DNA of 64,000 nucleotides from Selaginella moellendorffii (Eukaryota > Plantae > Lycopodiophyta), in the NCBI RefSeq assembly GCF_000143415.4, contig NW_003314366.1, forward strand, positions 186,001-250,000. Direction: 5' to 3'. Position numbers and translations under genes: made by a program. The notes under the pieces are model-generated. The model did no database searches, was not told where the DNA came from, and worked only from the letters and a program-made list of their open reading frames with translations. Positions 1 through 12,569 of this stretch are shown here, in pieces (position 1 is the stretch's first letter; every line of letters starts with the position of its first letter).

Positions 1-64
1 GGCGTCCAGTAAGTCGCGGCTTGCCTCGCTTGGTTCTCTAAGCTCTTTGCTCTTCGTTTTGCAG

Positions 65-708
65 CAATGTCAAACCAGCAACTCATGGACGCTGGCAAGA
101 AAACCATGGACGAGACGGATCAGACGATCGAGCGCTCCAAAAAGGTCCAATAGATGCGTCGCTTTGTGACTCCCTGCGATTTCATATATCTTTCACAGGT
201 GGTCGAGGACACCATCAACGTCGGCGCTCAAACAGCTCTTACGCTCAAAGGACAAGTAAGCATTTTTCTCTTTCGGGGGCACTTACAGACGAGTGATTGG
301 TTTTACAGACGGAGCAAATGGGCAGGATCGTGAATGAGCTAGACAACATCCAATTCTCCATCAAGAAGGCGTCTCAACTCGTCAAGGAGATTGGCAGACA
401 GGTAAACTCTTTCGCTTTGCAGCTAGTATCTTTGCTCCTTACACTGGTGGAGGATCCATTTCTTGTTTTGCAGCTTGCCACAGATAGATGCATACTGTTC
501 TTCCTGTTCCTCATTGTCGTGGGTGTCATTGCCGTGATCGTCGTCAAGGTAAAGTCCATTCTCTTTGTTTCCAGGAGCGCTCAAACGAGATTTCTTTCGA
601 TGGCAGGTTGTGGATCCCAAGAACAAGAACATCCGCGATCTTCCCGGATTGACTCCCGTCGCGAACACCAGCCACATTCTTTTCAACCGACGCATGGGTG
701 GACTTTGA
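65..708 (+). CDS. Novel plant SNARE (NPSN11/12/13-like), 3' exons; 5' end outside window
   Basis: Spliced exons give MSNQQLMDAGKKTMDETDQTIERSKK, QTEQMGRIVNELDNIQFSIKKASQLVKEIGRQ, LATDRCILFFLFLIVVGVIAVIVVK and VVDPKNKNIRDLPGL...; SNARE coil plus C-terminal TM helix; TGA at 706-708. Confidence 0.9.
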
Positions 709-808
709 TGATCTTTCCTCGCATCGCATACCTTAAGAGTTTTGATTGATTGATTAATGTATAGAAATAAGTACTTAATCGCTAGTCCTACACTTGTTAG
801 GGTTCATC

Positions 809-1971
809 ATGGCTGCGTCTGGGTTTCCCAGGGGTGTGAGCGATGACGATGATGACTGGGAGGAGGAGGAGGAGGAATCCACATCCACGCGTGACGCGCA
901 GCACAAGAAGAGGGGCAAACAAGGCAGCGGGGGTCTGGTTCCATCCAAATCCACCGTGTATGTGAGCAATCTCGATTTCGCGCTCACCAACAGCGATCTC
1001 TACACGATCTTCAGCAAAATGGGCAAAGTAGGCAAGTAAGCAGGTATTTCTTTGCGATCTTGCGAGGGGATTTTGCTCACGAGCTCGCGATCCAGGGTGA
1101 CGGTGATGAAGGACAGGGTAACGCGGCAGAGCAAAGGAGTGGCATTTATCTTGTTCACTGCGCGAGAGGATGCCGAGAAAGCGGTGAGAGCTTGTGAATG
1201 GAGGAGATGGAAGCTCTGCTAACCAGCGCATTGCGTTTCCCAGGTGAAGGCCATGGATGGAGTGGTGCTCAACAAGAGAACCTTGAAAGTTTCCATTGCG
1301 CAAGACAATGGCCGGGCTCGAGAGTTTATCCGTCGCAAGGTAGAACAAAGGAAGACCATCTCTTTCTCGCTCGGGCTTGCTTGGATTGATCATGTCTCCC
1401 GCTTGTTTGCGTCCACCAGGTTTACAAGGACAAGAGCCGGTGCTACGAGTGTGGCGAGGATGGCCATCTATCGTACGAGTGTCCAAAGAACAAGGTGGAG
1501 TTTTGCTCGTAAAGTTTGCTCTGTGACATGCGTTTCATTCACGCAGCTTTTCAGGGAGCGGCCTTGTCCCAAGAAGCAGCGTCGGGGACAAAAGGACGTA
1601 ACGCAACCGGTGGACGATCCAGCTGAGAGGTTTGCAAATCTTTTCTCTGTCACTGCTTGAATGGATTTGTGCAGCGAGGACGAAGAAGGAGAAGAACAAG
1701 AAGAAGCTCCAGCACCTGAAGGCTGGGCATCAATTGTAGACACGAGGTAAAGGTTTGCTTTTGACAAACAGCGTCCCGGAGATGATGATGCTCGTTTGGG
1801 TTTTTGCAGGAATACATTTGATACGCAACACACTCAAAAGCAGCCATCACGAGGACTCAAGGTCTCATTTTTTCTTCTCTTGCTTTCCTACTGACGCTTT
1901 GGTTTGCTTGTGTTTCAAAGGGGCCGAGAAAGAGCAGTGGCTACTTTAGTGATGAAAGCGATCACGATTAG
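809..1971 (+). CDS. U11/U12 snRNP 31 kDa protein (ZCRB1-like; RRM + CCHC zinc knuckle), multi-exon
   Basis: [71 protein letters not shown] and C-terminal SGYFSDESD; GT-AG introns. Confidence 0.88.
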
Positions 1972-2023
1972 ATTTCAAGCAGCATGGCATTCACTGTCTG
2001 TCTTGTATGGTATGGCAACTCTC

Positions 2024-2581
2024 TCAACCAAGGCTAAGAACTTCGATCTCGAAAACAAGCTCGGAATTTGGTTCAATGCCCCACGCAGGGAATCCATCCT
2101 TCCCGTAAGCATAGTCCGGAGTGCACTGGAGCAACAAAGAAGCCTCATTACTGCCAGTGAAATCGACAAGAAATATAATAAGCTTACCTTTAGCCGAGCG
2201 ATTTCTCCCAGTTGCATTGCCATGACACCTTCGTCCCACCCTGGAATGAAGAGCAAAGACAACTGAGAAACAAAGGCATTTTTCTGGATAGATCCGAGAA
2301 CCTTTGATCACACTTCCCTGTCCAATCTTGAACTGAAAGGGTTTCTGTCCAGGGTCCTTGGTGCTGGATGGAGAGTGAGACAAAGCTAGAGCTAGAGCTA
2401 GAGCACACTCACCTCCAAAACTTTTGGTTGAGATCCCTGTTTTTGCCTGTAGATTGGAATGAATCAGAGCTATAGTTGAGCGCCTTCACTCACCATAGCC
2501 AGTGCAATGCACCGTCACATTCTGGCCGGGCTTTGGAATCGCGCCAGTGCCAGCCCTGAGAACCTCCCTGACCACGCCCAT
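2024..2581 (-). CDS. FKBP12: Peptidyl-prolyl isomerase FKBP12
   Basis: MGVVREVLRAGTGAIPKPGQNVTVHCTG, STKDPGQKPFQFKIGQGSVIKG, WDEGVMAMQLGEIARL and CTPDYAYGKDGFPAWGIEPNSELVFEIEVL across 5 exons. Confidence 0.95.
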
Positions 2582-2689
2582 CCTCTCTCTTTTGCAAACC
2601 CTAGAGGCCTTTCCTCCAGGAAAAACTCTAGACCTTTTTAGAGAGACCAAAAAACTTGCAAAACAAAAAAGTGGTATAAACTTATGATC

Positions 2690-3934
2690 CTATTTCTTCT
2701 TCTTGGACTTGCTTTGTTGAGAGATGCTCTTGGATATTTTCGCGGTGAACGCAGTGCCCTGCGCAAATCAAAACAAAAGAAAAACAATGACCTTAGCAAA
2801 CTCTTCACAAACTCTGAAAGAAAAAGAGAGACCTGTAGCCATTCATTGTTCGCTGCATCGGCGTTCCGAGTTCCCGTCTCAACCACCTTTGTCTTCCGCG
2901 TCTGGTGAAACCAAAAACCACGACGAATGGATGCATCCATCCAGTCGGAGCTAAGCGAGAGTGATGATAGATAGCTTTGCTTACCTTTGAGAAACGTTGG
3001 AGTTGTCCGTGGATCCACAGAGACAAAAGTCCCATCAGGCCAAGCCCAAGCGTGACCAGGAAGAGCGTCTCGCCGCTTAGGAAACCACCAGACTCCACGA
3101 TCTCGACAGTGCCATTGTAAAAGACGGTCTTGTGGATGTCGCCGTCGACTTCATATAGCACGCTCGCCACTAGCGAGAAGCTCCCTGGCTGCGCAACGAG
3201 CATGGAGTCCAATCAATCGCGAAAACATCCGAAACTCACCTGGAGGAACTTGGTCACGGTGAAGGGATACGCAAACGTTGCCTGGACGCCCGGAGGGACG
3301 GTTGCATTCCCAAACTCCTGCTCCAGGAAAACGCTGGTGATGATTGATACGTAGAAACAACTCTCAAACCTGGACAGTGAAGTTCTGGACCAAGTACTTG
3401 TGATCAAACGGGAGGTGAAGAGTTCCCCGGATGGAGTTCACTTTGACAGCAGCGTCCCCTGGAAGGAACACGAGAGTGACTGAGAAACCAACAAACCCTG
3501 TGTGTAGCTTACCAGTGTTGCCGATCCCGACGAGAATCTCGGCGGTCGCTCCAGCAGGAACTACTGCAAAAATTCCACAGCACCATGGTTAGCACGGAGG
3601 AGCGTGGCATGGATCTCAACAAGCTCTTTCACGTTTTTGCGGATTGTTTGGAAAGTGGTAGACCGTGTCGACTCCAGCCGCTGGGCCGACGGTATCGAAT
3701 GCGTCAATCACGCCCTCGTCCACGACTCCAACCTCATCGCCAGCCCCGGGCGACGAATCCACGTCGCTCCCTTCCTCCAATTCGGCCCTGGATCGAGCTG
3801 CAAAACAAAATTCTCTCGAGTCAAATTCGGCCAGATCCAATCCGGCCCCGATCTGTGTCACCTGGGAAGCAAGCGATGGCAGCGAAGACGAGGAGCGCCA
3901 GGACGAGCAGCCAGCCGCATCGCGATCGCGCCAT
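2690..3934 (-). CDS. Translocon-associated protein alpha subunit (TRAP-alpha/SSR1-like)
   Basis: Signal peptide, acidic N-region, EFGNATVPPGVQATFAYPF, VFYNGTVEIVESGGFLSGETLFLVTLG (TM) and KVVETGT...NEWLQGTAF with a basic tail. Confidence 0.88.
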
Positions 3935-4044
3935 TCTTTGTCCTCCCCAGCCGCAAACCCTAAACTCTTTGCCCGGCGACCGTCGGATGAGATTCTAGTG
4001 CCACGTCAGCTTAGAACCCTAGCGCGAGAGGGAAGAGAAGCGCG

Positions 4045-5662
4045 ATGGCGATGGAGGGCGATGGAGGAGGAGGCGACGCGAGCGGCAGCGCTGGAGTGGC
4101 CGCCGGCGATCAGGTGGACTTGGAAGCGTACGCCGGCTTGTATAGCGGGCGAACCAAGGTGACCCGCCTCTTCTTCATAGCCGACCATGCCAAGTCTCAC
4201 AACTTGGAGCTGGAAGCTCTGCGGATGGCGCACAACGAGATACGCAGGGCCGAGAACACGCTGCTCTACAAGGAGGTGGTGGACAAGATTGGAGGCCGCC
4301 TGGGGGCCGCCTACGCTCGCGACCAGGAATGGGTCGACGTGGTCGATCGCAGGGCCGTGCAACGCCAGGAGAAGCTCGACATGGAGCTCAATGGCTACAA
4401 GGTACCGCTCGATCGAGCAGTCCTCTTCTCTTTCTTTTCTTTCTCGTCTCGTAGGAACTAAGATCTCTCTTTGGATCGTTTCCTTGCGCAGACCAATCTC
4501 ATCAAGGAGAGCATTCGCATGGGCTACAATGATCTGGGAGATTTCTTCTACAGCCGTGGAGATCTCCAGCAAGCTTTCAAGTGCTACGTCCGGACTCGCG
4601 ACTACTGCACCACCTCCAAGCACATCATCGCGATGTGTCTCAACGTCATTCTCGTCAGCATCGAGCTCGGCCACTTCGTGCACGTCTCGAACTACGTCTC
4701 CAAGGCCGATCAGACGCCGGACATCCAGGATCCCATCATCCTCGCCAAGCTCAAGTGTGCGGCCGGGTTGGCGTACCTGGAGAGCAAGAAGTACAAGCTC
4801 GCAGCTCGCAAGGTAGGCACTCTTTTCATTCGCTCCTCGGCCAACCTTCTTTCCAGTTCGTAGAGACCAACTTCGAGATTGGTAACAACTACTCGGAAGT
4901 CATTGCGCCCCAGGACGTTGCAACTTACGGTGGTCTCTGCGCTCTCGCCTCCTTCGACAGGGCCGATCTCAAGGTTCGTGCTTTGTGTTTTTTTACTAGG
5001 ACCAGCCACCGTAACTCTCATCCTTGCAGAGCAAGGTGATTGATAATGTCAACTTTAGAAACTTTCTGGAGCTGACACCGGAAGTGCGAGAAGTGATTCA
5101 TGATTTCTATGCGAGGTATCTCTATGGATCTCTTAAGGCTGAGGGAAGAAATCTTTTGTGATCTTTGCTCTTTTCTTTTTCCAGTCGCTATGCGTCATGC
5201 CTCAGCTGTTTGCAAAAGCTCAAGGGCAGCCTAGTGCTGGACATTCATCTCTACGATCACGTGGAAGCGCTGTACGAGCAGATCAGGCACAAGGCTCTCA
5301 TCCAGTACACGACGCCGTTCATATCGGTAGACCTCAACACAATGGCCAACGCATTCAAGACCAACGTGTCTGGCTTGGAGAAGGAGCTTGCGGCCTTGAT
5401 CATGGAGGACCAGATTCAGGTAAGCTAGATGGATGGTTTTTTAGTTTCTTACTCTTCACGTTGTTGCCAGGCCCGGATCGACTCCCACAACAAGATTCTC
5501 TACGCTCGCCACGCTGACCAACGCAAGGCATCGTTTCAACGCGCCATGCAAACAGGCTACGACTTCCAGCAGGACACGCGCGCAATGCTGCTGCGAGCAA
5601 ACCTGGTGCGCAACGAGTTTGTCATCAAGGGGGGAGGAGGAGGCAACAAGAACAAGGATTGA
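4045..5662 (+). CDS. CSN1: COP9 signalosome subunit 1 (PCI domain)
   Basis: [62 protein letters not shown] and [13 protein letters not shown]. Confidence 0.95.
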
Positions 5663-5782
5663 CAGTCTCTGCTTTCTCCCGGTTAAGTTCGTTTTCCCTT
5701 TCTGCTTTCTAGCATTGGTAGAGCTAGTGTGAATATAGAAGCGAAAGGGAGCTCGCGAGAGCTCGCTTTGACGAATGGACTG

Positions 5783-7388
5783 TCAAGAGATCACTGAAGT
5801 ATCGTTGCCAACGTGTGGATATGGATCCAGGTACAGGCCGAACGAGGCAACCAGTGGTGGCGCAGCTCGGGAGTCGAGGATGACAAGCTTGACGAGCTGA
5901 GCCTTGACGATCAGCTTGAGCCGATGCAGCCTCTTGTAGCCGATGGTGGTTCCTTGTGCGACGGTCGTCCACCCCCTGGTGACGCTGAGTACGTCGACAC
6001 GGTGGTAGCGAACTCTCTGGCCCCAGGCAATGGCCTCTTGGATCCTCACCAAGTTGAAGAGCGTGGGCTTTCCCAAGTCGAGCATGAGCCATCCAGCGGC
6101 CTCTCCCTCGCGCGGCGACCAGAAGGAGGAGATGTCCGGGGTGAGAACTTGGTGGGGGCCGTGCTCGGTGCTGTAGGCGCTGCTGGCGGTGACCGAGAGA
6201 GGCGAGGCGGCCAGGTTGACGGAGAAGATGGTGGTGATGGCGGTGCTCAAGGCGCGGAGAGTTTTGGAGTCCTCGTCCGAGATGAGGCCGGACGAGTTAG
6301 GCGGAACGTTGAGCAGCAGGACGCAGTTCCGGCCCACGGAGGTGTAGTAGATATCGAGCAGGCTCCACAGATCTTTCGGACGCTCGCTCCGGTGCCAGAA
6401 CCATCCCGTCCGGATCGAAACATCACACTCGGGTGGTACCCAGTCGCTGCCGTGCTCGTCCCCCTGGTTGAGATACCTACAAACAAGAACAGCCAAGGAT
6501 GATCAGATCCAGCTCGTCACCAGCAACTTGACAACTTACTGCAAGATGGGGCCCGAGTTGCCGATCTGGATGCTGCTCCTCCGGACCATGGACCAGCAAG
6601 TTGCTCCGGCCCGGCCTTGCTCGTCCCCGACCCACCTCGTGTCCGGCCCCGCGTCCGAGAAGATGAGCGCTCCCGGCTGGAGCTGATGGATCGTCTCAAA
6701 CCATTCGTCAAACTTATACTCCATGCTGATGTTGCCTTTTGCGCCATCCAGCCACACCTCCGAGATGTTGCCGTAGCTACACACAATACAGAGACCAAGT
6801 TAGTTATCTCTACGACCACCATAGCTGGAAATGGTGTTCCACTAACTTGGTGAGGAGCTCTCGCATCTGGGCGAGGTAGTACTTGTTGTAGTCGAGCGTG
6901 TTGCCGTAGCTGGGCTCGTGGCGGTCCCATGGCGAGAGATAGAGGCCGAGATCAATGCCGGCCTCGGCTACCGCGTCGGCGAGCTCGCGCACTACGTCTC
7001 CTTTACCGGATCTCCAGAAGCTGCTGGCCACGGAGTGATTGGTGTACTTGGACGGCCACAGGCAGAAGCCATCGTGGTGCTTGGTGACGAGCACGACGAG
7101 CGTGAATCCGGCGTCCTTGGCCACGCTCACCCATTGCCTTGCGTTGAGGTGCGTGGGAAAGAAGAGTCGCGGGTCCTCGAGCCCGGTCCCCGTCTCGGAG
7201 TCGGTGAAGGTGTTCATGCCGAAGTGGAAGAAGATTGATCGCTCGCGACGCTGCCAGTGGAGCTGCTTGGACGATGGGATTGGAAGCACGGGAAGTGGTG
7301 GTGGTGGTGGTGGTGACGATGGAAGTTTGGAATCGCTCGCTGCTGCAATGACGAGCAAGCTCGAGCACAGCACGAGCAGGCAGCTCAT
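5783..7388 (-). CDS. Alpha-L-fucosidase, GH29, with signal peptide and C-terminal F5/8-like domain (3 exons)
   Basis: FFHFGMNTFTDSE, TKHHDGFCLWPS, YLSPWDRH, EVWLDGA, WVPPECDVSIRTGWFW and SVGRNCVLLLNVPP. Confidence 0.95.
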
Positions 7389-8051
7389 GATCTAGCGGAC
7401 GCAAGTTTTGGAGCTCGTGAGGACGATGCTCGCTCGCGGCCTTAAGTGTTGGTGACAAGCAAGGTTGATGCTCTACGTACGAGACAACTTAGAATATAGG
7501 ACGTAGGTGACCAACAAGATATCCAGATTGGCTCTCGCTCGCTCGCTCGTTTTACTCCGGAGGTCTTCCATGTCTCCAAGAACAATGTGGATTCCACGCG
7601 ATGGTTTTTTCCTTTTTCGTTTTTGTTCTACGCGACCGATACCGATCGCCCACCCGTATCGCGTGTTTTCTAGCGCGGCGTCCGGAATCTTTCAACCCGG
7701 CCAGAGTGGAAGAGCCAGGCGCCAAGACATGACAGGCTTGCTGCTCGCCACCACGTACGTTTCTCGCGCATAAACTACGTGCTCGTCACATCTTTTCACA
7801 GAATTCCATCCAGCACTGGCACCGCTCTATCCGATCACGATCACGCAGGCGAGACAAAGCCACTCTTTAAGCTGATGATCCTTCCCAGCGCCAAGAACTA
7901 CGACTAAAGTAATGAGGCAATTATGTTACAGGCAAAAATTTCCACACCGGACAGCATTGTCAAGAAGTAGAAACAAAGGGATGCGATATTGATGCTGCTC
8001 AATCCATATAGTAGAGTGTGTGTGTGTGGGTGATCGAGTGATCATGATCGA

Positions 8052-8511
8052 TCAGCCCGACTTGAAGAGCAGCACTGCGACTTGGCCCAAGTAGAAGTAG
8101 ATGAAGTGCTTGGTCTCGTGAGTCACGTATGATCCTGTTGTCAAAGAGCGCCCAAGAGAGAGAGAGAGAGAGAGAGAGATCAAAAGAGTGTTGTCATGGA
8201 ACAAGAACTTGTTTGTCTACGTACCAAAGTTGCGGCCGACGATGCAATGCCATGTCGGGTTATACTTTTTATCGAATTCCTTCTTGATGTAGGCCGCAAT
8301 GTCCTTCTCCACATTGTACTTGTCCAGGGCCTGGGATGGAAAAGAAGCAAGGCGACGAGGATGAGAGATTCACCAAAGATTTGGGAGATTTGCGAGTCAC
8401 CTGGGACGCGCATTCGATGGAGTCTTGCTGCATATCCTCGGTCATGTCCGCATTCTTGATGATTGCCTTGCGCTCCAACACGGCCGACTTCTCCACGATC
8501 TTCTCTGACAT
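8052..8511 (-). CDS. Dynein light chain LC8 type
   Basis: [59 protein letters not shown] and [26 protein letters not shown]. Confidence 0.95.
8155..8179. repeat. (GA)n microsatellite in the LC8 intron
   Basis: Direct reading of the agagag run. Confidence 0.9.
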
Positions 8512-8769
8512 TGTTGTGGCCACGAGCAGTAGCGCGCGCGCGCGAGCGAGAGCGAGAGAGAGAGCGCGAGACGAGAAAACCCTAAAAACTGACACGAGAG
8601 GGAGCGAGAGAGAGAGCGCCACAGCCAACAAACTGTCCCCTCTTTCCCCTCGCTCGCTACCTCTACAACGACCTAGATCCGACGTGGCACCCTCCACGTC
8701 AGCACCGTCCACCTCAGCACCCGGAATCTTCTTCCCATTCACACACGGGATATGCCGCCTTCGTCTAGC

Positions 8770-10661
8770 TTACAATCGTTTCATCCTCGCGCCTTGGAGA
8801 TCGACAAGATCACTGAACAGGCTGTTGCTGCTGCTCGGCGTCGCGCTGCTCGACATCGCCGTCGGCTTCTCGGCCTGCTGCTGCTGCTTGGGCTGATCGA
8901 ACAGCGCGGCGTATGGGTTGTGCATGTGTTCTTGCTCTGATCGATCCTCGTCCCACACTGGCCTGTGGTGCTGGAAAAACTGCTGGCGCTGGGAGTTCTT
9001 CTGTGGCGGCGGAGGGAGAGGTTGCGGAGTTGAAGTCGCAGGCGCGGCGCCGTTGGAAGGCTGCTTGCGCAAGGCGAACGGGTTGATGTTCTCCTCCGGC
9101 TCCTCCAACTCGTCCAGGCCATGCGTGTGTAGCACAGCAGCTTTCTTCGAGTCACTCGCGGCTCCACCAGCGCCGAAAGCTTCGCCGCTGAGGAGATCTT
9201 CACTCGTTGGTTTCGTCGACTTGTTGTTGGAAGGAGGCTGGATTCTCGTTTGCGGGACTGGAGGGCCGGGAATCCGGACGAGTTGAGGGGGAGCGCTTGG
9301 TTTCGGAGCAGGCTGATCCGAGTTTTGCCGGCTTCTGCGAAGGCGGCGTGTCAAAGCTGAGCTTTTGGAAAGAGAGAGCGAACCTGCGAGCAAGCCGTGC
9401 GAAGTCATCTTCGCCTTCCTCCTCCACGCGTGGGAAAACAGGAGCAGGCGGAGCCTCTGGCTGTTTTCCCGCGGCCGGAGTAGCACCCGACGCCATTGCG
9501 TCACGCTTGGCAAGGACTTTCTGCAAGTCGTCGTTCAAGGAAAGAGCCTGAAACAAGAGTGTCTCGTCGCTGGAAACCAAAACACACTGGTCAGCCACTG
9601 AGTCGTTCCATAATACGTATTAGCAATCTCAACTCACGACGTGGTGCTGACGAGATGCATGACTTGCTTCTGCGTCCGTTGGCATTGCTCCACAAGCTCC
9701 ACAATGAGCTCCTCCCTCAAAGCCTGTAGAAAACCTTTGTGGTGTTACGGCCTGCCATCCAGTAAGAGAACAGACTATACCGATTTATCTCGAGGATCGA
9801 TCGCGTTGAGCATCTCCGAGAGAACCTCCATCCCGCTCCTTGCACTGTCAAGGTCCGCTAAGCTGCAACAAAGAAGAAACGATCTCTTGGATAGAGCACC
9901 AGAGAAGAAAGCTTTGGACGCACCTCAGGCGCTGGATATCTACGTCCAGTGGTGGCAATGGCGGCTCCGGTGATGCTGCTGCTGCTACAAATCCCGGGGC
10001 TGGATATGCAGTGATAGGATGCGACTGAGGAGGAGTGAAGATAGGCGGAGCATCTTGACGCTGGGGAAAATCCACTCCCGACCGTCTGAGTTCATCATAC
10101 GCGGAAAAGAACTGCGGGTACCTTCCTCTCTGGCCACCAAATGCCTCTTGCCACGAATCCAGCAAGCCGAGTATCTTCTCTCGCACGCTCAAGTCGCCCT
10201 GCGCGGTCCAGCACGCTTGAGACGAGCAGCAAAAGCTACACACGAGACATTCTCGCTTACCCTCTTCTTGACAATCTTCACCATCTCGTGCAAAACATCC
10301 TTCTCGGCAACTTGCTGGTGGACAGCGTCTCCGCAATTCTTCACCAGAGTCTCCAGGACCTGTGAAGGACAATAGAAATGACCGACTGGAACCGATAGAA
10401 TAGAGATTTCGCGCGGCTTACGGTGAGAGTGAGGAGCTGGACAGTCGGATTCTTGTGCGCCAGCCGCTTCCTGGCCGCCTTGACAACCTCCTTTGCTTGC
10501 CTGCGATGGAGAGAGCCCGCAATGAATCGCAAAACAAGCAATTGGGTCGACACATACCCTGGATCATTGTTGAGCGCGTCGCAAATCTCCAAATTCCTCC
10601 CCCAATCCGGGCCGATGAGCAGATCGCTGGTCGCCTTGTCCACGAGCGATGCCACGGACAT
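8770..10661 (-). CDS. TOM1-like (TOL) VHS-GAT protein
   Basis: MSVASLVDKATSDLLIGPDWGRNLEICD (VHS), VREKILGLLDSWQEAFGG, GAT region SDETLLFQALSLNDDLQKVLAKRD and a low-complexity tail ending LFSDLVDL. Confidence 0.92.
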
Positions 10662-10956
10662 TTCTCCAGCACAGCGCAGCGCAGTCGAGACAAGCACACA
10701 CGAAGAACAAAACCCTAAGTATCCCCGCAACGCGGAATGCCCAGAATATTCAAACCAAAAGAATAAAAAGTTTTCTATAGGCTAACTCTCTGTCTCTCTC
10801 TCTCTCAAGTTCTCACTCTCTCACTCACTCTAAGTTCTCTCTCTCACTCGCTAAGTTCTCTCTCTCACTCTCTCTCTCTTTCGCGATTTTCTCTGCGAAT
10901 TTTTCTCACTCCCTGCGATCTTCCTTCTGCCACTCTCTGCGATCTTCTCACACTCC

Positions 10957-12242
10957 TCACGCAACGTCTTCAACTTCCGAATTGAATACAAAGCTCGGGA
11001 ATGCTGTCGTGATATCTCTACACACAGAAACACAGTTGAGTGGCTGGCGCTGGGCTCACAGAACACTATCATCAACACCAGAATTGAAAAGAAAGCTGGG
11101 GAATGCGGTTGTAAGGTTCCTGCAAATATCCCACCACACACATCAACCAAGCCATCACGGGATGCAAGCAAGCAAGCAAGCCAGCGAGCGAACTAGCAAG
11201 GACGCAAACTAGAAACAATGCTGCTAGTCCCAACTAATGAGTGCTTTTCCAAGTAGAGTGTGTGGTGAGCTTACTTGAGGTACGGCAGCGTCATGTTCTT
11301 CATGAGCGAAGGATTCCTCAGCACGAAGTTCTGCCACTCCTCCTTGTCAATTCGACTGTCGTTGTTGGTGTCGGCTTCCGCAAACGTCTGCATCACAAAA
11401 GAAAAAGAGACAATAGCTTATTTAGCGTACGAAGAAGAAGAGCGATCAACTTCTCGACCTTATCAAGAATAGTTTCGATGACGTCGTCGGAGAGCTTCAT
11501 ATCCGACTCTGATAACAAGGCGATTAGCATCTGCTTCACCTGCAGTTTGATCTTAGTTTTCATCTGAATAGCATCTTCACATGCTTTGCTAGTACCTCTT
11601 CTCGTTCGATGAAACCGGTCCTGCGCAGATCATACAGCTGGAAGGCAACTGCAAAAGGAGAAGAAAACAATCATGAGAAAACAACGCATGAGTTGAACGA
11701 GTTATCCATCTTACAGTCGATCTTGTCTTCCAGCGGTGCATTGGGGTGGAACACGCTGAGGGAGCGCACGAACTCCCCGAAATCGATCACCCCGTTTCTC
11801 TTCACATCGAAAAGGTCAAACACCTGCAGGAAGAGAGAGAAAAAAAAAGAAAAGAACTTGTCAAAAGGAGCAAACACGAGTGGAAAAAGAAAAAAGAAAC
11901 AAGTACCCGATCTGCGAACAAGTTCTCCTTCTTGCTGTTCTTGAAGAGCGCCAAGCGGAATTCCTCCTGAAGTGAAGCCGAGCGAGATCTAAGCGAGCCC
12001 AAGAAGAAAAATCGAATCACACACCTTGTGGATGAGGCCATCGTCAATGACGGAGCTGCTGATCTTCTTGAAGAGCTCATACAGCGCTTCGATCTCACTC
12101 ACGCTGACTGGAAGAAGCCACCGCATTTTAGCAGGGAAAAACGCGGCAAATGATCAAACTCACAGGTGGTATCACTGGCCAGAGCTACAGGATCTTCGTA
12201 CCCGGCCGCGTGCTGCGAGGGCTTCGAGTGGAAGCAGCCCAT
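10957..12242 (-). CDS. Calcineurin B-like calcium sensor (CBL) with N-terminal MGC lipidation motif; two candidate last exons
   Basis: [74 protein letters not shown], then [17 protein letters not shown]. Confidence 0.93.
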
Positions 12243-12569
12243 GAGAGCGCCAGCAGCATGATCGAGCGCGAGAAAGAGTGCCAAGGCGATCCTCGCCACG
12301 AATTGCGTCACTCCGCCTTCTACTATGGACAATGCAGAGCCTGGCAAGCCAGAATTTAGGGCATGGGGGCGCGGAGGGAGGAGGCGGCGCTCGAGATCTT
12401 ACCACCGCCATCGCTCTTGCCGGCTTGTTGCATTCGCAGCTCCCCACCATTCTTAGGGTTTATCCCAAGCTTTTAAAATGTTATACGTAACAAAGTTCTT
12501 CCTTGTGTTCTTTCTCTTTGTTTCTTCTCTTTGTTCTTGCGCAGAAGAGAGAAGAAGAAGAAAATCTTT

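Noticed and set aside
809-1971. U12-type introns in the minor-spliceosome gene
   Set aside because: The donors seen lack the RTATCCTT consensus.
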